Assembly: GCA_034433695.1 (NCBI GenBank)
Contig: DAOUAK010000038.1
Coordinates: 2,758 to 66,757 of the forward strand
Origin: Chloroflexia bacterium
GTDB lineage: Bacteria; Chloroflexota; Chloroflexia; DTKN01
Reading direction: 5' to 3'
DNA: 64,000 nucleotides
Below are positions 1-12,314 of this stretch, piece after piece; position 1 is the first letter of the stretch; the number at the start of each line of letters is the position of its first letter. The notes beneath the pieces were generated by a model. It did not search any database, was not told the DNA's origin, and worked only from the letters and a program-made list of their open reading frames with translations. Position numbers and translations under genes: made by a program.

Positions 1-24
1 TTGCAAAGTAACTGGAGGACTCAG

Positions 25-1443
25 ATGAAGACGCTCAAGATGCTTCCCCTGGTCCTGATCGGCGCGATGCTGATCGGTGTCCTGGCCGGGTGCGGCCCAC
101 AACCTACCGCCCCGGCTACGGAAAAACCGGCGGCGACCCCCGTCCCCACGGCGGCCCCTACGGCGGTTCCCACCCCGAAGCCCGTGACGCTCCGCTATGC
201 CAACTGGAACCTGGGCACGGAAGAGGAAAACAACGTCCAGCGCCAGCTGGTCAAGAAGTACATGGAACTCAACCCTCACGTGACCATCGAGTTCGTGGAC
301 ATGTCAGGCGAGGGCACGTGGGACGACAAACTGACCGCCCTAGCGGCCAAAGGCGCACTGCCCGACGTCTTCATGGCCGACAAGACTCCCCTCTACGTCA
401 AGAACGGCTGGTTGGCCGACCTGACCGAACTGGTGAGCGAGGACCCGGATTGGCAGAAGGTGCCGGAGGTACTGCGCAACGCCGTGACCTACAACGGCAA
501 GGTACTGGCTCTGCCGGCGGCGCAGTTTGTCATGGGCTATTTCGTCAATCTGGACCTCTTTGAAGCCAACAACCTGGGAGCGCCCACCTATGGCACCCCC
601 GTGGACGAGTTCTTCGCCGTGGTCACCAAGTTGACCGACGTCCAGAAAGGTCGCCTGGGCATGGACGAGATGGAATTCATCCTGGGCTGGTATCCCAGCA
701 CCCAGGACCCGACCCTGAAGTGGTTCAGTTTCGACGGCCAACACATGCACTATAACTCCGAAGCCTTCAAGGCCGGCGTGGCCAAGGCCGGCGAGATGCG
801 GCCGCATACCTGGCAGGGCCTCACCGACGAGCAGAAAGCCAACTTCAAGTCGCAGGGGCCGTGGGAACTCTTCCTGAATCAGGAATGCGGCGTCCGCTGG
901 GACGGCGGCTGGGCGGTGCCGGCCATCGCCCAGCAGGCCACCTTCAACTGGGACTTCCTGGGCATCCCCGGCGGCAACCAGGCCCTGGTGGGCGACTTTA
1001 TCGTCGTCGCCAAGACGACCGCCAACCTGGAAGAGGCCTTCAAGTTCGCCAAATGGATGACCTTCTCGCGCGAAGGTTACCTGGCCGAGGCCGAGATCGC
1101 CCGCGCGGCCGGCCAGGTGCCCACCCGCATGCCGGTTTTCGTGGACGCCGAAACCATCGACCTGTACCTGTCCTTCGTCGGCGATAAACCCGGCCTGCGC
1201 CAGGCCTTCGAGAACCTGGACAACAGCCTGCTCGAATCGCTGGCCAAGATCGTGCCCGGGTACGTCGCCGCCCGCTGGGAAGGTAAACCCGGCATCGACA
1301 TCGGCGAGGACAAGGATGTGAACATGTGGTACATGTTCAACTTCGCCAACGAGGGCAGGTACAAGTACGAGGATTATGCAGCCCGGTTGGAAGAGTTCGC
1401 CAACCGCCTGCTCGATGAGGCCCGCGCCGAACTCAAGCCTTAA
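25..1443 (+). CDS. ABC transporter substrate-binding lipoprotein (family 1, carbohydrate-type)
   Basis: ATG at 25 preceded by GGAGG. Signal peptide with lipobox LAGCG. Pro/Thr-rich linker, then ~420-aa SBP-like fold. First gene of the sugar ABC operon. Confidence 0.85.
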   Translation: MKTLKMLPLVLIGAMLIGVLAGCGPQPTAPATEKPAATPVPTAAPTAVPTPKPVTLRYANWNLGTEEENNVQRQLVKKYMELNPHVTIEFVDMSGEGTWDDKLTALAAKGALPDVFMADKTPLYVKNGWLADLTELVSEDPDWQKVPEVLRNAVTYNGKVLALPAAQFVMGYFVNLDLFEANNLGAPTYGTPVDEFFAVVTKLTDVQKGRLGMDEMEFILGWYPSTQDPTLKWFSFDGQHMHYNSEAFKAGVAKAGEMRPHTWQGLTDEQKANFKSQGPWELFLNQECGVRWDGGWAVPAIAQQATFNWDFLGIPGGNQALVGDFIVVAKTTANLEEAFKFAKWMTFSREGYLAEAEIARAAGQVPTRMPVFVDAETIDLYLSFVGDKPGLRQAFENLDNSLLESLAKIVPGYVAARWEGKPGIDIGEDKDVNMWYMFNFANEGRYKYEDYAARLEEFANRLLDEARAELKP

Positions 1444-1518
1444 AAGCGACCCGGAGGGGGCTGCACCAGCGCGTGCAGCCCCCTCTTCCCCAAGTGGTCA
1501 GAGACGCGCTCGCATGAG

Positions 1519-4413
1519 ATGAGCGGGAAAATCAGGGCGGTCCGTGTTTTGAGTCTCCTTGGGGCAATCGTCCCGCTCCTGAATCTCCTGGGGGCCGGCC
1601 AGGTGACTTCTGGGGCAGCCCGGCCGCCCGCCACCCTCGCCTTCGCAGCCCAGCCCGGCGGGCAACAGGGCCGGACCATCGAGATCCGTGCCGATACCTT
1701 CGGTCTGCCGCTCGCCAACGACGACCTGGCCCACCAGTATAACAAGCCCAGCGTCCGATTGACCCGAGGGGACAGCGCCCGCTTTTCGGTAACGATCGAG
1801 ACGGCGGGGGAATATACCATCGCCTTCGATGCCGCCGTGCCGGAGGAGGTGCTCGTCACTGCCCCGGAGGGTCAACTCCTTCTGGATGGTGCCCTGCCGG
1901 TCGAAGATGCCCGCCGCATCGTCTTCCCGCTTTTTTACCGCAGCCCGGCGGAAGAGTTTCCGCTCGACCGCTACGGCAACGAGACCCTTATCCCCGCAGT
2001 GCGCCTGGCGCGTTGGACCCAGGTCTATCTACGAGATGTCAACCTGAGCCGCAAGTACCCGCTGACCATCCACCTTTCCCAGGGCGAGCACGACTTTGAG
2101 TTTGTCCTGACCCGCGAGATCCTCCTTCTGGGCAGCATCTACCTCCGACCATTTTCGCCGGACATGCCGTATAGCGACTACCTTGCCCGGAAACCTGCCC
2201 AGGACTCTGTCGGGGTGCTGATCGAAATCGAGGCAGAAAGACCAAGTTACAAGAACGATATCTCCATCCGCCCTCTCTATGACCGCAGCCTGGAAGTCAC
2301 GCCCTACGACACCTATCGCCTGCTCCTGAACACCATCGGCGGGGAAAGCTGGCAACGCAGCGGCAGCGCACTCTACTACGAGGTAAAAGTACCGCAGGAC
2401 GGGATGTATCTTATCACCCTGCGGGTCCTCCAAAATACACGCAGTAACTTTGTCGTTTTCCGCCGCCTCACCATCAACGGAACCGTGCCCTTTGATGAGG
2501 CTAACGAAATACCGTTCGGCTATCACCCGGGATGGGAAAACGTCACCCTGCCCTATCGGGTGTACCTGCAACGGGGGACGAACGTCCTGGGGCTGGAGGT
2601 TACCACTTCCCCCTACGATGCCGCCATCAGGAACATCCGTCGCTCCATTGGGGACATCACGGCCCTCTCGCTGGAGGTCAAGCGCCTGACCGGCAACCAG
2701 GTGGACCGCTATCGGGAATGGGAAATTGCCGAATACATCCCCAACATCGAGGAGCGGCTGGATGACATCGCCGCCAGGCTCGCCGCCGACAAGGCCGCGC
2801 TACAGACCTTGAGCGGCGGGCTGAACTCGCAGGAGATCATGAACTACCAGATGGCCCTCGACAACATTCTCGTACTCCGGAACGACCCCAACAAAATCCC
2901 GGTGCGCATGAACCGCCTCTCCGAGGGGCCACAATCGGCGGCCCAACTGCTGGGCAATGTGCTCAGTGCCCTGCAGAAACAGCCGCTTATGCTGGACAAA
3001 ATCTACCTGCACTCGCCCGATGTCACGCCGCCAGAACCGCAGGTCTCGGCCTGGGAATCGGCGAGCGAGGGCATCAAGCGCTTCTTCCACTCCTTCACAC
3101 GCACCCCCTATCAATCCATCGGCGCGAGCGAGGGCGAAATCGAAGTCTGGGTCAACCGTCCCCGGCAGTATGTGGCCCTGATGCAGCAAATGGCCGATCG
3201 GTCTTTTACTCCACGGACGGGCATCGGCGTTGTATTCTCGCTCATGCCCAACGAATCGAAACTGGCCCTGGCCATCGCCGCCGACATCGAACCGGATGTG
3301 GTCCTGGGCCTCAGCACGAACATCCCCTATGAACTCGCCCTGCGCAACGCCCTGTACGATCTGCGCTCCTTTGAGGATTTCGATTCCTTCATCCGCATCT
3401 ATGCCCCCGGTTCGCTCCTGGGCTACATCATCAACGATTCGGTCTATGCCATCCCGGAGACGCAGGATTTCTGGGTGACGTTTTACCGCAAGGATATCCT
3501 GGATTCCCTTGGGCTGTCGGTCCCGCACACCTGGGATGAAGTCATCGCCATCTTGCCCGAACTGCAGCGTTATGGGATGAACTTTTACACCCCACTTTCA
3601 ACCGGCAGCGGCCTCAAGGGTTATCTCATCACGGCTCCTTATATCTGGAATTTCGGCGGCGCGTTATACAGTCCCGACGGCCTGAAGACCGGACTCGGCA
3701 GCGACGAATCCATCACCGCCATCAAATTCATGGCCGAACAATTCACCGTCTACGGGATGCCGCTCACCGCCGTCAGTTTTTACGACAGTTTCCGCAACGG
3801 CGAACTGCCGGTGGGCATCTCCAACGTGGAGACGTACATCAAACTGCGCACTGCCGCGCCCGAAATCGAAGGGCTGTGGGGAATCGACCTCTACCCGGCC
3901 ACCGTCCTGCCGGACGGGAGACAAAACCGTTACGCCACCGGCTCGGCGCAGACCTGCGTCATCCTCGCCGATACCGAAAGGCCGCAGGAAGCATGGGAAT
4001 TCCTGAAGTGGTGGATGTCCACCGAGACCCAGGTGGAGTACGAACGGCAACTCCTGATGAACTATGGCCCGGAATACCTGTGGTACACGGCCAACCTGGA
4101 AGCCTTCCGTTATCTGCCGATTCCCGAGGAGCACAAAGAGGTCATCCTCAAACAGTGGGAATGGCTTCAGGAGCCGGTCAAACTTCCCGGCACGTACATG
4201 CAGGAGCGCGAGTTAAGCAATGCCTGGAACCGGATCGTCTTCGACGGAGTCAACCCACGCGTAGCGATCGACAACGCCATTCTGACGATCAACCGTGAAA
4301 TGGCGCGCAAGATGGAGGAACTCGGTTACACCCGCAACGGCGTGCCGGTACGCGAGATTCGGGTGCCCACCATCGAGACCGTCCGCCGGTGGATGGAGGC
4401 AGCAGAGAAATGA
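1519..4413 (+). CDS. Large secreted protein: ~530-aa unknown N-terminal region fused to a C-terminal family-1 sugar solute-binding-like domain
   Basis: 964-aa ORF with N-terminal hydrophobic signal. The C-terminal ~430 aa resemble ABC sugar SBPs. Directly followed by an overlapping permease gene. Confidence 0.6.
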   Translation: MSGKIRAVRVLSLLGAIVPLLNLLGAGQVTSGAARPPATLAFAAQPGGQQGRTIEIRADTFGLPLANDDLAHQYNKPSVRLTRGDSARFSVTIETAGEYTIAFDAAVPEEVLVTAPEGQLLLDGALPVEDARRIVFPLFYRSPAEEFPLDRYGNETLIPAVRLARWTQVYLRDVNLSRKYPLTIHLSQGEHDFEFVLTREILLLGSIYLRPFSPDMPYSDYLARKPAQDSVGVLIEIEAERPSYKNDISIRPLYDRSLEVTPYDTYRLLLNTIGGESWQRSGSALYYEVKVPQDGMYLITLRVLQNTRSNFVVFRRLTINGTVPFDEANEIPFGYHPGWENVTLPYRVYLQRGTNVLGLEVTTSPYDAAIRNIRRSIGDITALSLEVKRLTGNQVDRYREWEIAEYIPNIEERLDDIAARLAADKAALQTLSGGLNSQEIMNYQMALDNILVLRNDPNKIPVRMNRLSEGPQSAAQLLGNVLSALQKQPLMLDKIYLHSPDVTPPEPQVSAWESASEGIKRFFHSFTRTPYQSIGASEGEIEVWVNRPRQYVALMQQMADRSFTPRTGIGVVFSLMPNESKLALAIAADIEPDVVLGLSTNIPYELALRNALYDLRSFEDFDSFIRIYAPGSLLGYIINDSVYAIPETQDFWVTFYRKDILDSLGLSVPHTWDEVIAILPELQRYGMNFYTPLSTGSGLKGYLITAPYIWNFGGALYSPDGLKTGLGSDESITAIKFMAEQFTVYGMPLTAVSFYDSFRNGELPVGISNVETYIKLRTAAPEIEGLWGIDLYPATVLPDGRQNRYATGSAQTCVILADTERPQEAWEFLKWWMSTETQVEYERQLLMNYGPEYLWYTANLEAFRYLPIPEEHKEVILKQWEWLQEPVKLPGTYMQERELSNAWNRIVFDGVNPRVAIDNAILTINREMARKMEELGYTRNGVPVREIRVPTIETVRRWMEAAEK

Positions 4414-5327
4414 CTACCCTCAGAACCGCCTTCCGCCGATGGCTGGCCCGGGAAGGAAGCGCTTACGCCTTCATCTTCCCCTACGCCATCCTGTTCATGG
4501 TCTTTATCGTCATTCCGGTGGCGATAGCCGTCGTCCTCTCGTTCACTTATTTCGATACCATCCAATTCCCGACCTTCATCGGCCTGCGCAACTATATCAC
4601 TCTGCTGACCCAGGATGACATTTTCATGAAACATGTCCTGCCCAACACCATCGAGTTTGCGGTCATTGTTGGGCCGGGCGGCTACATACTGGCCTTTTTG
4701 CTGGCCTGGATGCTGGCGCAACTGCCGCGCCTCCCCCGTACCATCCTGGCGTTGATCCTGTATTCGCCCTCGATGACCTCGGCGGTGACGATGGCCGTCG
4801 TCTGGCAAACCCTTTTCAGCGGCGACCAGAACGGCTATCTGAACAGTTTCCTGCTGAACCTGGGCATCATCCAGGAACCGGTGCAGTGGCTGCAATCGCC
4901 TCAGTACCTGATGCCGATTATGATCGTCGTCACGCTGTGGAGCAGCATGGGGGTGGGCTTCCTGGCCATGCTGGCCGGCATTCTGGACATCAACCCCGAA
5001 CTTTATGAGGCCGCCGCCGTCGATGGTCTGAGCAACCGCTGGCAGCAGATCTTTTACATCACCATCCCCTCGATGAAGCCGCAGATGCTCTTTGGGGCGG
5101 TGATGGCCATCGTCGGCACGTTCCAGGCCGGCTCGATCGGCGTGGCTCTTTCGGGGTCCAACCCCACCCCGCAATATGCCGGCCAGCTCATCGTCAACCA
5201 CATCGAGGACTATGGTTTCCTGCGCTACGAGATGGGCTACGCGGCAGCCGTCTCGGTGGTCCTGCTCCTGATGGTGCTGTTCTTCACCCGCCTGGCCAAC
5301 CGGCTGTTCGGCAGCGAGGAACGATAG
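4410..5327 (+). CDS. Carbohydrate ABC transporter permease (MalF/UgpA-like)
   Basis: ATGA overlap with the upstream stop. Six TM segments and an EAA-like loop. Typical binding-protein-dependent permease. Confidence 0.85.
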   Translation: MTTLRTAFRRWLAREGSAYAFIFPYAILFMVFIVIPVAIAVVLSFTYFDTIQFPTFIGLRNYITLLTQDDIFMKHVLPNTIEFAVIVGPGGYILAFLLAWMLAQLPRLPRTILALILYSPSMTSAVTMAVVWQTLFSGDQNGYLNSFLLNLGIIQEPVQWLQSPQYLMPIMIVVTLWSSMGVGFLAMLAGILDINPELYEAAAVDGLSNRWQQIFYITIPSMKPQMLFGAVMAIVGTFQAGSIGVALSGSNPTPQYAGQLIVNHIEDYGFLRYEMGYAAAVSVVLLLMVLFFTRLANRLFGSEER

Positions 5328-5350
5328 CGTATACGGCGGTAGGGCTACCC

Positions 5351-6259
5351 ATGAGACTCCGTTTCCTTCAGAAATCGTACAGCCTGCGCAACAGCGGCAT
5401 CAATCCATCCGGCTTCCACCCCAGCCAGATTCAGTTCTACATCATCCTGGCTCCGGTGGTGGCCTTTATGCTCCTGCCGATCATCTTTATTATCTCCAAC
5501 GCCTTCAAGCCGCCCGAGGAACTCTTCGCCTACCCGCCGCGCTTCTTCGTCGTCAACCCAACGCTGAAGAACTTTACCGACCTTTTTACCCTGATGACCG
5601 TCTCCGAGGTGCCGGTCAGCCGCTACCTGTTCAACAGCATTGTCCTCACGGCCATCTCCATAGGGGCTTCCATTGCCATCTCCAGCACGGCGGCCTATGC
5701 CCTCTCCAAGAAGCGCTTCAGGCTCAAGCAGACGCTCTTTGCCGTCAACACCGTGGCGCTGATGTTCGTGCCCGTTGCCGTTACCATCCCGCGCTTCCTC
5801 ATCATCGCCCGTCTGGGACTGATCGATACCTTCTGGGTACACATCCTCCCTGCACTGGCCATGCCGGTCGGACTCTTCCTGCTCAAGCAATTTATCGACA
5901 CCATCCCGGACGAGGTCATCGAGGCAGCCCAGATCGACGGTGCCTCCGACCTGCAGATCTACTGGCGCATCGTCCTGCCGCTGGTCAGACCGGCCCTGGC
6001 CACCATCGCCATCCTGACCTTCCAGGCCACCTGGAACAATGCCGATACCTCGGCCATGTATATCAACATCGAAAACCTCAAGACCTTCGCCTACTATCTC
6101 AGCACACTTTCGACGACAACCGCCGGGGCGAACGTGGTGGCCGGCCAGGGTATGGCCGCAGCGGCAGCACTGATCATGTTCGTGCCTAACCTGATCATGT
6201 TCCTCCTCCTGCAAAGTCAGGTCATGAGCACGATGTCGCATTCGGGGCTAAAGGGATGA
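5351..6259 (+). CDS. Carbohydrate ABC transporter permease (MalG/UgpE-like)
   Basis: Multi-TM protein with the conserved loop [16 protein letters not shown], which is EAA-motif-like. Confidence 0.85.
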   Translation: MRLRFLQKSYSLRNSGINPSGFHPSQIQFYIILAPVVAFMLLPIIFIISNAFKPPEELFAYPPRFFVVNPTLKNFTDLFTLMTVSEVPVSRYLFNSIVLTAISIGASIAISSTAAYALSKKRFRLKQTLFAVNTVALMFVPVAVTIPRFLIIARLGLIDTFWVHILPALAMPVGLFLLKQFIDTIPDEVIEAAQIDGASDLQIYWRIVLPLVRPALATIAILTFQATWNNADTSAMYINIENLKTFAYYLSTLSTTTAGANVVAGQGMAAAAALIMFVPNLIMFLLLQSQVMSTMSHSGLKG

Positions 6260-8271
6260 AACGTCTGCCGCTCTTCCTCGTTCTGGTGCTCTTATTGCTC
6301 CTCCTGATTCCGGGCGTGCCCGCGCAGGCCCTGACCCCTTATACGACCTGGGCGCTGGGGCCGGGCGGCCGACTCTACCTGACACAGGACGCCTACGTTC
6401 CCGTTTCGGAGGTGCCCCTGCCCTTGTCCGGTGCGGAGGATATGTTCATCACCGCAGAAGGAGACCTTTACATCGCCGATACGGGCAACGGCCGCATCCT
6501 GCGCCTGGACAGCAACTGGCAGATCGTGGCAACCTACGGCGAAGGGCTGCTCCGAAAGCCGAACGGCCTCTTTGTGGACCCCGAGGGAACGATGTACATC
6601 GCCGACGCCGGAAACAACTCCATCGTCATCCTCGACCATGACGGCACACTGGCCACGAGTTTTGGCCGGCCGAACGAGGCGCTCTTTGGCCGCAGGAACG
6701 AGTTCCTGCCTCGCAAAATCGCCGTAGACACGCGCCAGAACCTCTATATCGTCAGCGAGGGTTCGACCGATGGCCTGGTGATGATGACCCGAGACGGACG
6801 CTTCATCGGCTACTTTGGCGCGAACCCGGCCACGATGTCCTTGAAGATGCTCTTGCAGCGCCTGTTCCTGACGAGGGAGCAACTGGCGCAATTCATCAAG
6901 AACGAGGCGGCCTCGCCCTCCAATGTAGCCATCGACAGCGAAGGGATGATCCTTACCGTAACCTCGGGCACGGCCCGCGAGCGCAGCATCCGCCGTTTCA
7001 CCGTCGCCGGCCACAATATCTTCCCCGAAATCTACGGCTCGACGACCTTTCGCGACCTTCATGCCAGTCCGAACGGCCTGGTCACAGCGGTAGATGCCGA
7101 GGGACGAATCTACGAGTACGATCGGAAAGGAATGCTCCTCTTTGTCTTCGGGGCCCAGGACAAAGGGGAGCAACGCCTGGGACTGCTCCGCAACCCCACC
7201 GCCATCGAACGCTATCAGGACTGCATCTATGTGCTGGACAAGGACAAGAACGCCATCGTCGTCTACCGGGAAACGAGGTTTGCCCGTCTGGTCCATGACG
7301 GTGTGCGGCTGTATGTGGAGGGCTTTTACAGCGAGGCACGACCTTACTTCGAGGAGGTGCTGCGCTATAACGGCTTATTCATCATGGCCTACCAGGCCAT
7401 CGCCGATGCGTACTTCAAGGAGGGCGACTATATCCGCGCCCTGACCTATTATCGCTATGCCGAAGACCGCCGGGGCTATTCCGAAGCCTTCTGGGAACTC
7501 CGCAACGTCGTCCTGCAACAATACCTGGCAACCGGCCTCCTCGGGCTACTCGGCCTCCTCGTTGCCCAGGGGGCCCTCAAACGCCTCGACCGCCGCTACG
7601 CCTGCTTCGCTCCGGTACGGCGTGGACTGGCCTGGCTGTGCCGCCGCAAACTCGTGGACGACTTTCTTTTCCTCTTTCGCTTCATCAAACACCCCGCCGA
7701 TAGTTTCTATTACATCAAGGCCAAACAGCGCGGCAGCCTGGCGTTTGCCCTCCTGATCTATCTGTGGGTGGTCATCGTGCGGGTGCTGACCCCTTACCTG
7801 ACCGGATTTATCTTCAATCCCTACGCCAACCCGGGAGAAATCCGCGCCGAAAACGAGGTCGTCTACACCCTCCTCTTCCTTCTGCTCTGGAATGCGGCGA
7901 ACTACCTGGTCTCGACCATCAGTGAGGGTGAGGGCCGCGTCCGGGACGTCGTCATCGGCAGCGCCTACGCGCTCTCCCCTTACGCCATTTTTGCGCTGCC
8001 AATCGCCCTCCTCTCCAACGTCCTGAGCGCCAACGAGGCCTTTTTTTACACCTTTTCCATGAACCTGGTATGGGCCTGGACCGGGCTGATGCTTTTCCTG
8101 ATGGCCAAGGAAATCCATAACTACTCCTTCGGCGAAACGGTCCGTAACGTCCTGCTGACCCTCTTCACGATGGCTATGGCGCTGCTGGCCGGCTATATCC
8201 TGTATGTGCTGGCCTCCCAGTTCTATGACTTTATCTCGGCCATCTGGCGGGAGGCACAGTTACGTGGTTAA
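6256..8271 (+). CDS. Membrane protein with N-terminal signal, NHL repeats, TPR-like region and C-terminal Yip1-like multi-TM domain
   Basis: NHL-like repeats [14 protein letters not shown] and [17 protein letters not shown]-like segment ([22 protein letters not shown]). C-terminal ~250 aa with 5-6 hydrophobic helices. ATGA overlap with the upstream permease. Confidence 0.6.
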   Translation: MKRLPLFLVLVLLLLLLIPGVPAQALTPYTTWALGPGGRLYLTQDAYVPVSEVPLPLSGAEDMFITAEGDLYIADTGNGRILRLDSNWQIVATYGEGLLRKPNGLFVDPEGTMYIADAGNNSIVILDHDGTLATSFGRPNEALFGRRNEFLPRKIAVDTRQNLYIVSEGSTDGLVMMTRDGRFIGYFGANPATMSLKMLLQRLFLTREQLAQFIKNEAASPSNVAIDSEGMILTVTSGTARERSIRRFTVAGHNIFPEIYGSTTFRDLHASPNGLVTAVDAEGRIYEYDRKGMLLFVFGAQDKGEQRLGLLRNPTAIERYQDCIYVLDKDKNAIVVYRETRFARLVHDGVRLYVEGFYSEARPYFEEVLRYNGLFIMAYQAIADAYFKEGDYIRALTYYRYAEDRRGYSEAFWELRNVVLQQYLATGLLGLLGLLVAQGALKRLDRRYACFAPVRRGLAWLCRRKLVDDFLFLFRFIKHPADSFYYIKAKQRGSLAFALLIYLWVVIVRVLTPYLTGFIFNPYANPGEIRAENEVVYTLLFLLLWNAANYLVSTISEGEGRVRDVVIGSAYALSPYAIFALPIALLSNVLSANEAFFYTFSMNLVWAWTGLMLFLMAKEIHNYSFGETVRNVLLTLFTMAMALLAGYILYVLASQFYDFISAIWREAQLRG

Positions 8272-8272
8272 G

Positions 8273-10411
8273 ATGAACAGGGCCTTGACCTTTTTCCTGC
8301 TTCTCCTCTTCCTTCTGCCGGCGCCGGCCGTATTCGCCGCGCCTTCTCCAGACGCTATCCCGGGAACCTATACCCTGGTTGCTGAAAACGAGAACTTTCG
8401 CCTATACGTCAATCCGGAAACCCTGGCTTTCAAGGTGCTGGACAAGCGTAGCGGTTACCTCTGGCATTCCAGCCTGGACGAAAAACTCCCCGAGGACCGC
8501 CTGAACAGGTCCTGGCTCGCTTTCGCCCAGAGCGGGTTCAGCGTGGACTGTCTGGACTGGAAAGCCAACACTCGGCGGGTTTCTATCGCCAGCGCCGAGC
8601 ACACGATGGAGGTCCGGCCCATTGAAAACGGCCTCCAGGCCCAGGTCACCTTTAGCGATGTGGCCATTTCGGTGGGGTTGCGCCTGATCCTGGAGGAAAC
8701 CGGCGTGCGGGTCGAGGTGCCATTCGAGACCATCCGTGAGGACGGCGACTTTCGCCTGGGCATGCTCCATCTTTACCCCTGGATGGGCGCGACGCGCGGC
8801 GACGAAACGCCCGGTTATATGTTCATCCCCGACGGCTGTGGGAGCCTCATCCACTTCGCCGCCGAGACAAAAGCCCGGAACATGTACTATGGCCGCTACT
8901 ACGGCATCGACCTGGGCATGGTGTCCCACCTGCCTTTCGATCCGGCCATCCGCCGGCCTTATCCCATCTCCATCCCGGTAATCGGCATGGTGCATGGCGA
9001 GGGGCAGAACGCCTACCTGGCCGTCCTGGAAAAGGGCGCGTCCTATGCCGAAATCCAGGCCCATCCCTCCGGCATCCTCACCAACTTTAACTTTCTCTAC
9101 AACGCCTTCATCTACAACGAGAGTTACTTCCAGCGCACCAGCCGGGCCGGCGATGGCGTGACCGTCGTTCAGCCCCGCACCAACCGCTTCGACATCGTCA
9201 TGCACTACCGCTTCCTCACCGGCCGGGAGGCCGACTATGTCGGCATGGCCCGCAGTTACCGGCAGTACTTGCTCGAAAAAGGGCTACTTCGCCGACAGCC
9301 GCTGCCCTCCGACGGCATCGGTATCCGTCTGGAGTTCCTGGCCGCCGAGCAGGAGAAAATCCTGTTCTGGAACCGCACCATTCCGATGACGACCCTGCCG
9401 CAGATGGAGCAAATCCTGGCCGAACTGGACGTTACGAACCCTCAGGTCATCTACTATGGCTGGCAGCCCGGCGGCGCTTCGGCCATGCCGCCTGCCTACC
9501 TGGCCCTGGATGGCAGCCTGGGCACCCTGGCCGACCTGGGCAGGGTGGCCGAACAGGTCGCTCGCCGTGGCGGGGCCTTCGCCTTGTACCTCGATCCCCT
9601 GGCGGCGATCCGGGATCAGGGGGGGTACTCGCGCTACGACCTGGCGGTAGCCATCACCGGCGATTACCCGCAAGGCTACCGGCGGGGAAAGCCCAATTTT
9701 TTCCTCAACCTTCCGGCCCTGGAAGCGCGTCTCGGTTCTCTCGGCCGGGAGATACAGAGCAAGGTCCCGGCCGGCCTGGCCCTGGATAACATCGGCACTA
9801 CCCTGTACTCCGACTTTCGCCAGGACAACCTGCTCAACCGGGAGGAGGCGATCGACGCCTACCGTTCCCTCCTGGCCGCCATACCCGTCCCGCTGGCCCT
9901 GTACATGCCGAACGACTACCTCTTCGCCTATGCCCGGGCCTATTACGATATCCCCATCGCCGACAGCGGCTACATCTATACCACGGCGACGGTGCCTTTC
10001 CTGCAAATCGTCCTTTCCGGCTATATGCCCTACTACGGCGAGGCCCTCAACTTTTCTCCTGACGTGCGCCAGGACCTGCTCCGACACGCCGAGTACGGTG
10101 TCTATCCCTCCTTCTTCCTTACCTACGAGGAAACCGCCCGCATCCTGAAGACCCGGTCGAACTGGATTTACGTCTCCGCCTACCGCCAACTGGAAGCGGG
10201 GATCGAAGATAGTTATGCCTGGCTGAATGCCCTGCTGTCCCCGGTACAGGGGGCCAGCATTGTCGGACATGCACAGGTCGCCCCCCAGGTGTTTGCCACC
10301 ACCTACAGCAACGGCAAGCAGATTCTGGTCAACTATAGCGAGCACCCCGTCTCACTCTACGGCCTCACCGTTCCGGCCCGGGATGCCATCTTGAGGGAGG
10401 TAATGCCATGA
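8273..10411 (+). CDS. Hypothetical secreted protein (712 aa), possible glycan-active enzyme
   Basis: Start at MNRALTFFLLLLFLLPAPAVFAAPSP (signal peptide), 1 nt after the upstream stop. No confidently recognised catalytic motif. Embedded between two ABC permease pairs. Confidence 0.5.
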   Translation: MNRALTFFLLLLFLLPAPAVFAAPSPDAIPGTYTLVAENENFRLYVNPETLAFKVLDKRSGYLWHSSLDEKLPEDRLNRSWLAFAQSGFSVDCLDWKANTRRVSIASAEHTMEVRPIENGLQAQVTFSDVAISVGLRLILEETGVRVEVPFETIREDGDFRLGMLHLYPWMGATRGDETPGYMFIPDGCGSLIHFAAETKARNMYYGRYYGIDLGMVSHLPFDPAIRRPYPISIPVIGMVHGEGQNAYLAVLEKGASYAEIQAHPSGILTNFNFLYNAFIYNESYFQRTSRAGDGVTVVQPRTNRFDIVMHYRFLTGREADYVGMARSYRQYLLEKGLLRRQPLPSDGIGIRLEFLAAEQEKILFWNRTIPMTTLPQMEQILAELDVTNPQVIYYGWQPGGASAMPPAYLALDGSLGTLADLGRVAEQVARRGGAFALYLDPLAAIRDQGGYSRYDLAVAITGDYPQGYRRGKPNFFLNLPALEARLGSLGREIQSKVPAGLALDNIGTTLYSDFRQDNLLNREEAIDAYRSLLAAIPVPLALYMPNDYLFAYARAYYDIPIADSGYIYTTATVPFLQIVLSGYMPYYGEALNFSPDVRQDLLRHAEYGVYPSFFLTYEETARILKTRSNWIYVSAYRQLEAGIEDSYAWLNALLSPVQGASIVGHAQVAPQVFATTYSNGKQILVNYSEHPVSLYGLTVPARDAILREVMP

Positions 10412-11286
10412 CATCATCCGGCCGGCCCCGCTTCACCCTTCGCCTGCGCCAGGCCCTGCAAGGCTATCTTTTCGTGGCCATCTGGATCATCGGCTTTGCC
10501 CTCTTCGCTCTGGCTCCGCTCGTTCAAACCTTCCTCTACAGCCTGAACCGGGTCATCGTCTCGGCCACCGGCGTGGAGCAGACCTTCGTTGCCTGGCAGA
10601 ACTATACCAAAGCCCTGTTCACCGACCCCACCTTCATCGAATTGCTGATCGGATACATCCTGGAGACGCTTATCTCTGTGCCGATCATCATGATCTTTTC
10701 CCTGATCATCGCTCTGCTCCTCAACCTGAAACTGCCGCTCAGGGGCATCTTTCGCACGATCTTCTTCCTGCCGGTCGTCATCACCAGCGGGCCGGTGATT
10801 CGTGAACTCGTCTCGCAGGGGGCGACCGCCGCACCGCAGATCGCACAGTCGCCGGTGGTGCTGGATTTCCTGGCCCAGTTGCCGGAGGTGCTTCGCGGGC
10901 CGGCCGAGTACCTGCTGACTTCGTTCATCCTGATTCTCTGGTTCTCGGGCGTCCAGATTCTGATCTACCTGGCCAGCCTGCAGCGAATCGACCGCAGCCT
11001 CTATGAAGCAGCCGCCATCGACGGCGCTTCGGCCTGGGAAATGTTTTGGAAGATCACCTTGCCGTCGCTTTCTTCGACCAACGTGGTGGTAGCCATCTAT
11101 ACCATCGTTATCCTTTCGCACTTTCCCGAGAACAAGGTGGTGCGCTACATTTATACCCAGACCTATGACATCAAGGGTGGCATCGGCTACGCCAGCGCGA
11201 TGTCGTTCCTGTACCTGGCCGCCCTGGTGCTCGTCCTGCTCATCGCCTACATTGTCCTGTCTCTGCGCGCCAGGAAAGTACGATAG
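10408..11286 (+). CDS. Carbohydrate ABC transporter permease (UgpA-like)
   Basis: ATGA overlap with the upstream gene. Multi-TM permease with an AAAIDGASAWEMFWKITLP loop. Confidence 0.85.
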   Translation: MTSSGRPRFTLRLRQALQGYLFVAIWIIGFALFALAPLVQTFLYSLNRVIVSATGVEQTFVAWQNYTKALFTDPTFIELLIGYILETLISVPIIMIFSLIIALLLNLKLPLRGIFRTIFFLPVVITSGPVIRELVSQGATAAPQIAQSPVVLDFLAQLPEVLRGPAEYLLTSFILILWFSGVQILIYLASLQRIDRSLYEAAAIDGASAWEMFWKITLPSLSSTNVVVAIYTIVILSHFPENKVVRYIYTQTYDIKGGIGYASAMSFLYLAALVLVLLIAYIVLSLRARKVR

Positions 11287-11312
11287 TCGGAATCGGCCTG
11301 CAAGGTGTACCG

Positions 11313-12314
11313 ATGGACCTGCATCCCATAAGGAAAACGAAATTTGGGGATCGGAGGGGGCCTCGCCTCGAGGAACTCCTCTCTCGCCTCGCCCCCCTTG
11401 GGGACAGGATTCGCGGCTTGCTATTCGGCACGCGCTCCGGTTACGGCCTGATTTTCACCGTCCTCGCCTACGCCTTGCTCATCATTATCGGCTTTGTGTA
11501 CCTCTACCCGCTCCTCTTTATGCTGGTTACCAGCCTGAAAAGTCCCACCGACCTGCTCAACCCAATGGCGCAATGGATACCCAACGAGTTGTACCTGGGC
11601 AACTATGCCAAAGCCTACCGCGTCCTGAATTACCCTTCCACCTTGCTCTCCTCCATTCTGGTCAGCGTTGTACCTTCGGTGATTCAGACCATCGTTTGCT
11701 CGGTCGTGGGCTACGGCCTGGCCCGCTACCGGTTCCCCGGCAAGCACCTGCTTTTCCTGTTGATCCTGGCCACCTTTCTCATCCCGCCCCAGAACACCGT
11801 CATCCCGCAGATGCTCACTTACCGGCAGTTCGGTCTGCTGGGGAGCATCTGGGCGATGATCCTGCCGGCCCTGTGCGGACAGGGCTTTCGTAGCGCTATC
11901 TTCATCCTCATCTTTTACCTGTCTTTCCTTACTCTGCCCAAAGCGCTCGAAGAGGCGGCCCGTCTGGACGGAGCATCCGAGGCCCGAATTTTCCTCCAGA
12001 TCGCCGTTCCGAACGTCATTCCGGCTTATATCGTCTCCCTGATCTTTTCCATCGTCTGGTACTGGAACGAGACCTACCTGACCGTCATCTTCCTGGAGGG
12101 CGGCATCCAAACCCTGCCGATGCAACTTTCCAAGTTCGCCCAGGCCTATGAGAACCTCTATCCGGCCGGCATGGTCAACATCTTCGACCGTCTGAACGAG
12201 GCGGTCAAACTCAGCGGCACCTTCCTCAACATCTTGCCCCTTCTGCTGATGTATTTTGTCCTGCAAAGGTGGTTCGTCGAATCGATCGAAAGGACGGGTA
12301 TCACCGGTGAATAG
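11313..12314 (+). CDS. Carbohydrate ABC transporter permease (UgpE-like)
   Basis: Multi-TM permease with an AARLDGASEARIFLQIAVP loop. Confidence 0.85.
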   Translation: MDLHPIRKTKFGDRRGPRLEELLSRLAPLGDRIRGLLFGTRSGYGLIFTVLAYALLIIIGFVYLYPLLFMLVTSLKSPTDLLNPMAQWIPNELYLGNYAKAYRVLNYPSTLLSSILVSVVPSVIQTIVCSVVGYGLARYRFPGKHLLFLLILATFLIPPQNTVIPQMLTYRQFGLLGSIWAMILPALCGQGFRSAIFILIFYLSFLTLPKALEEAARLDGASEARIFLQIAVPNVIPAYIVSLIFSIVWYWNETYLTVIFLEGGIQTLPMQLSKFAQAYENLYPAGMVNIFDRLNEAVKLSGTFLNILPLLLMYFVLQRWFVESIERTGITGE

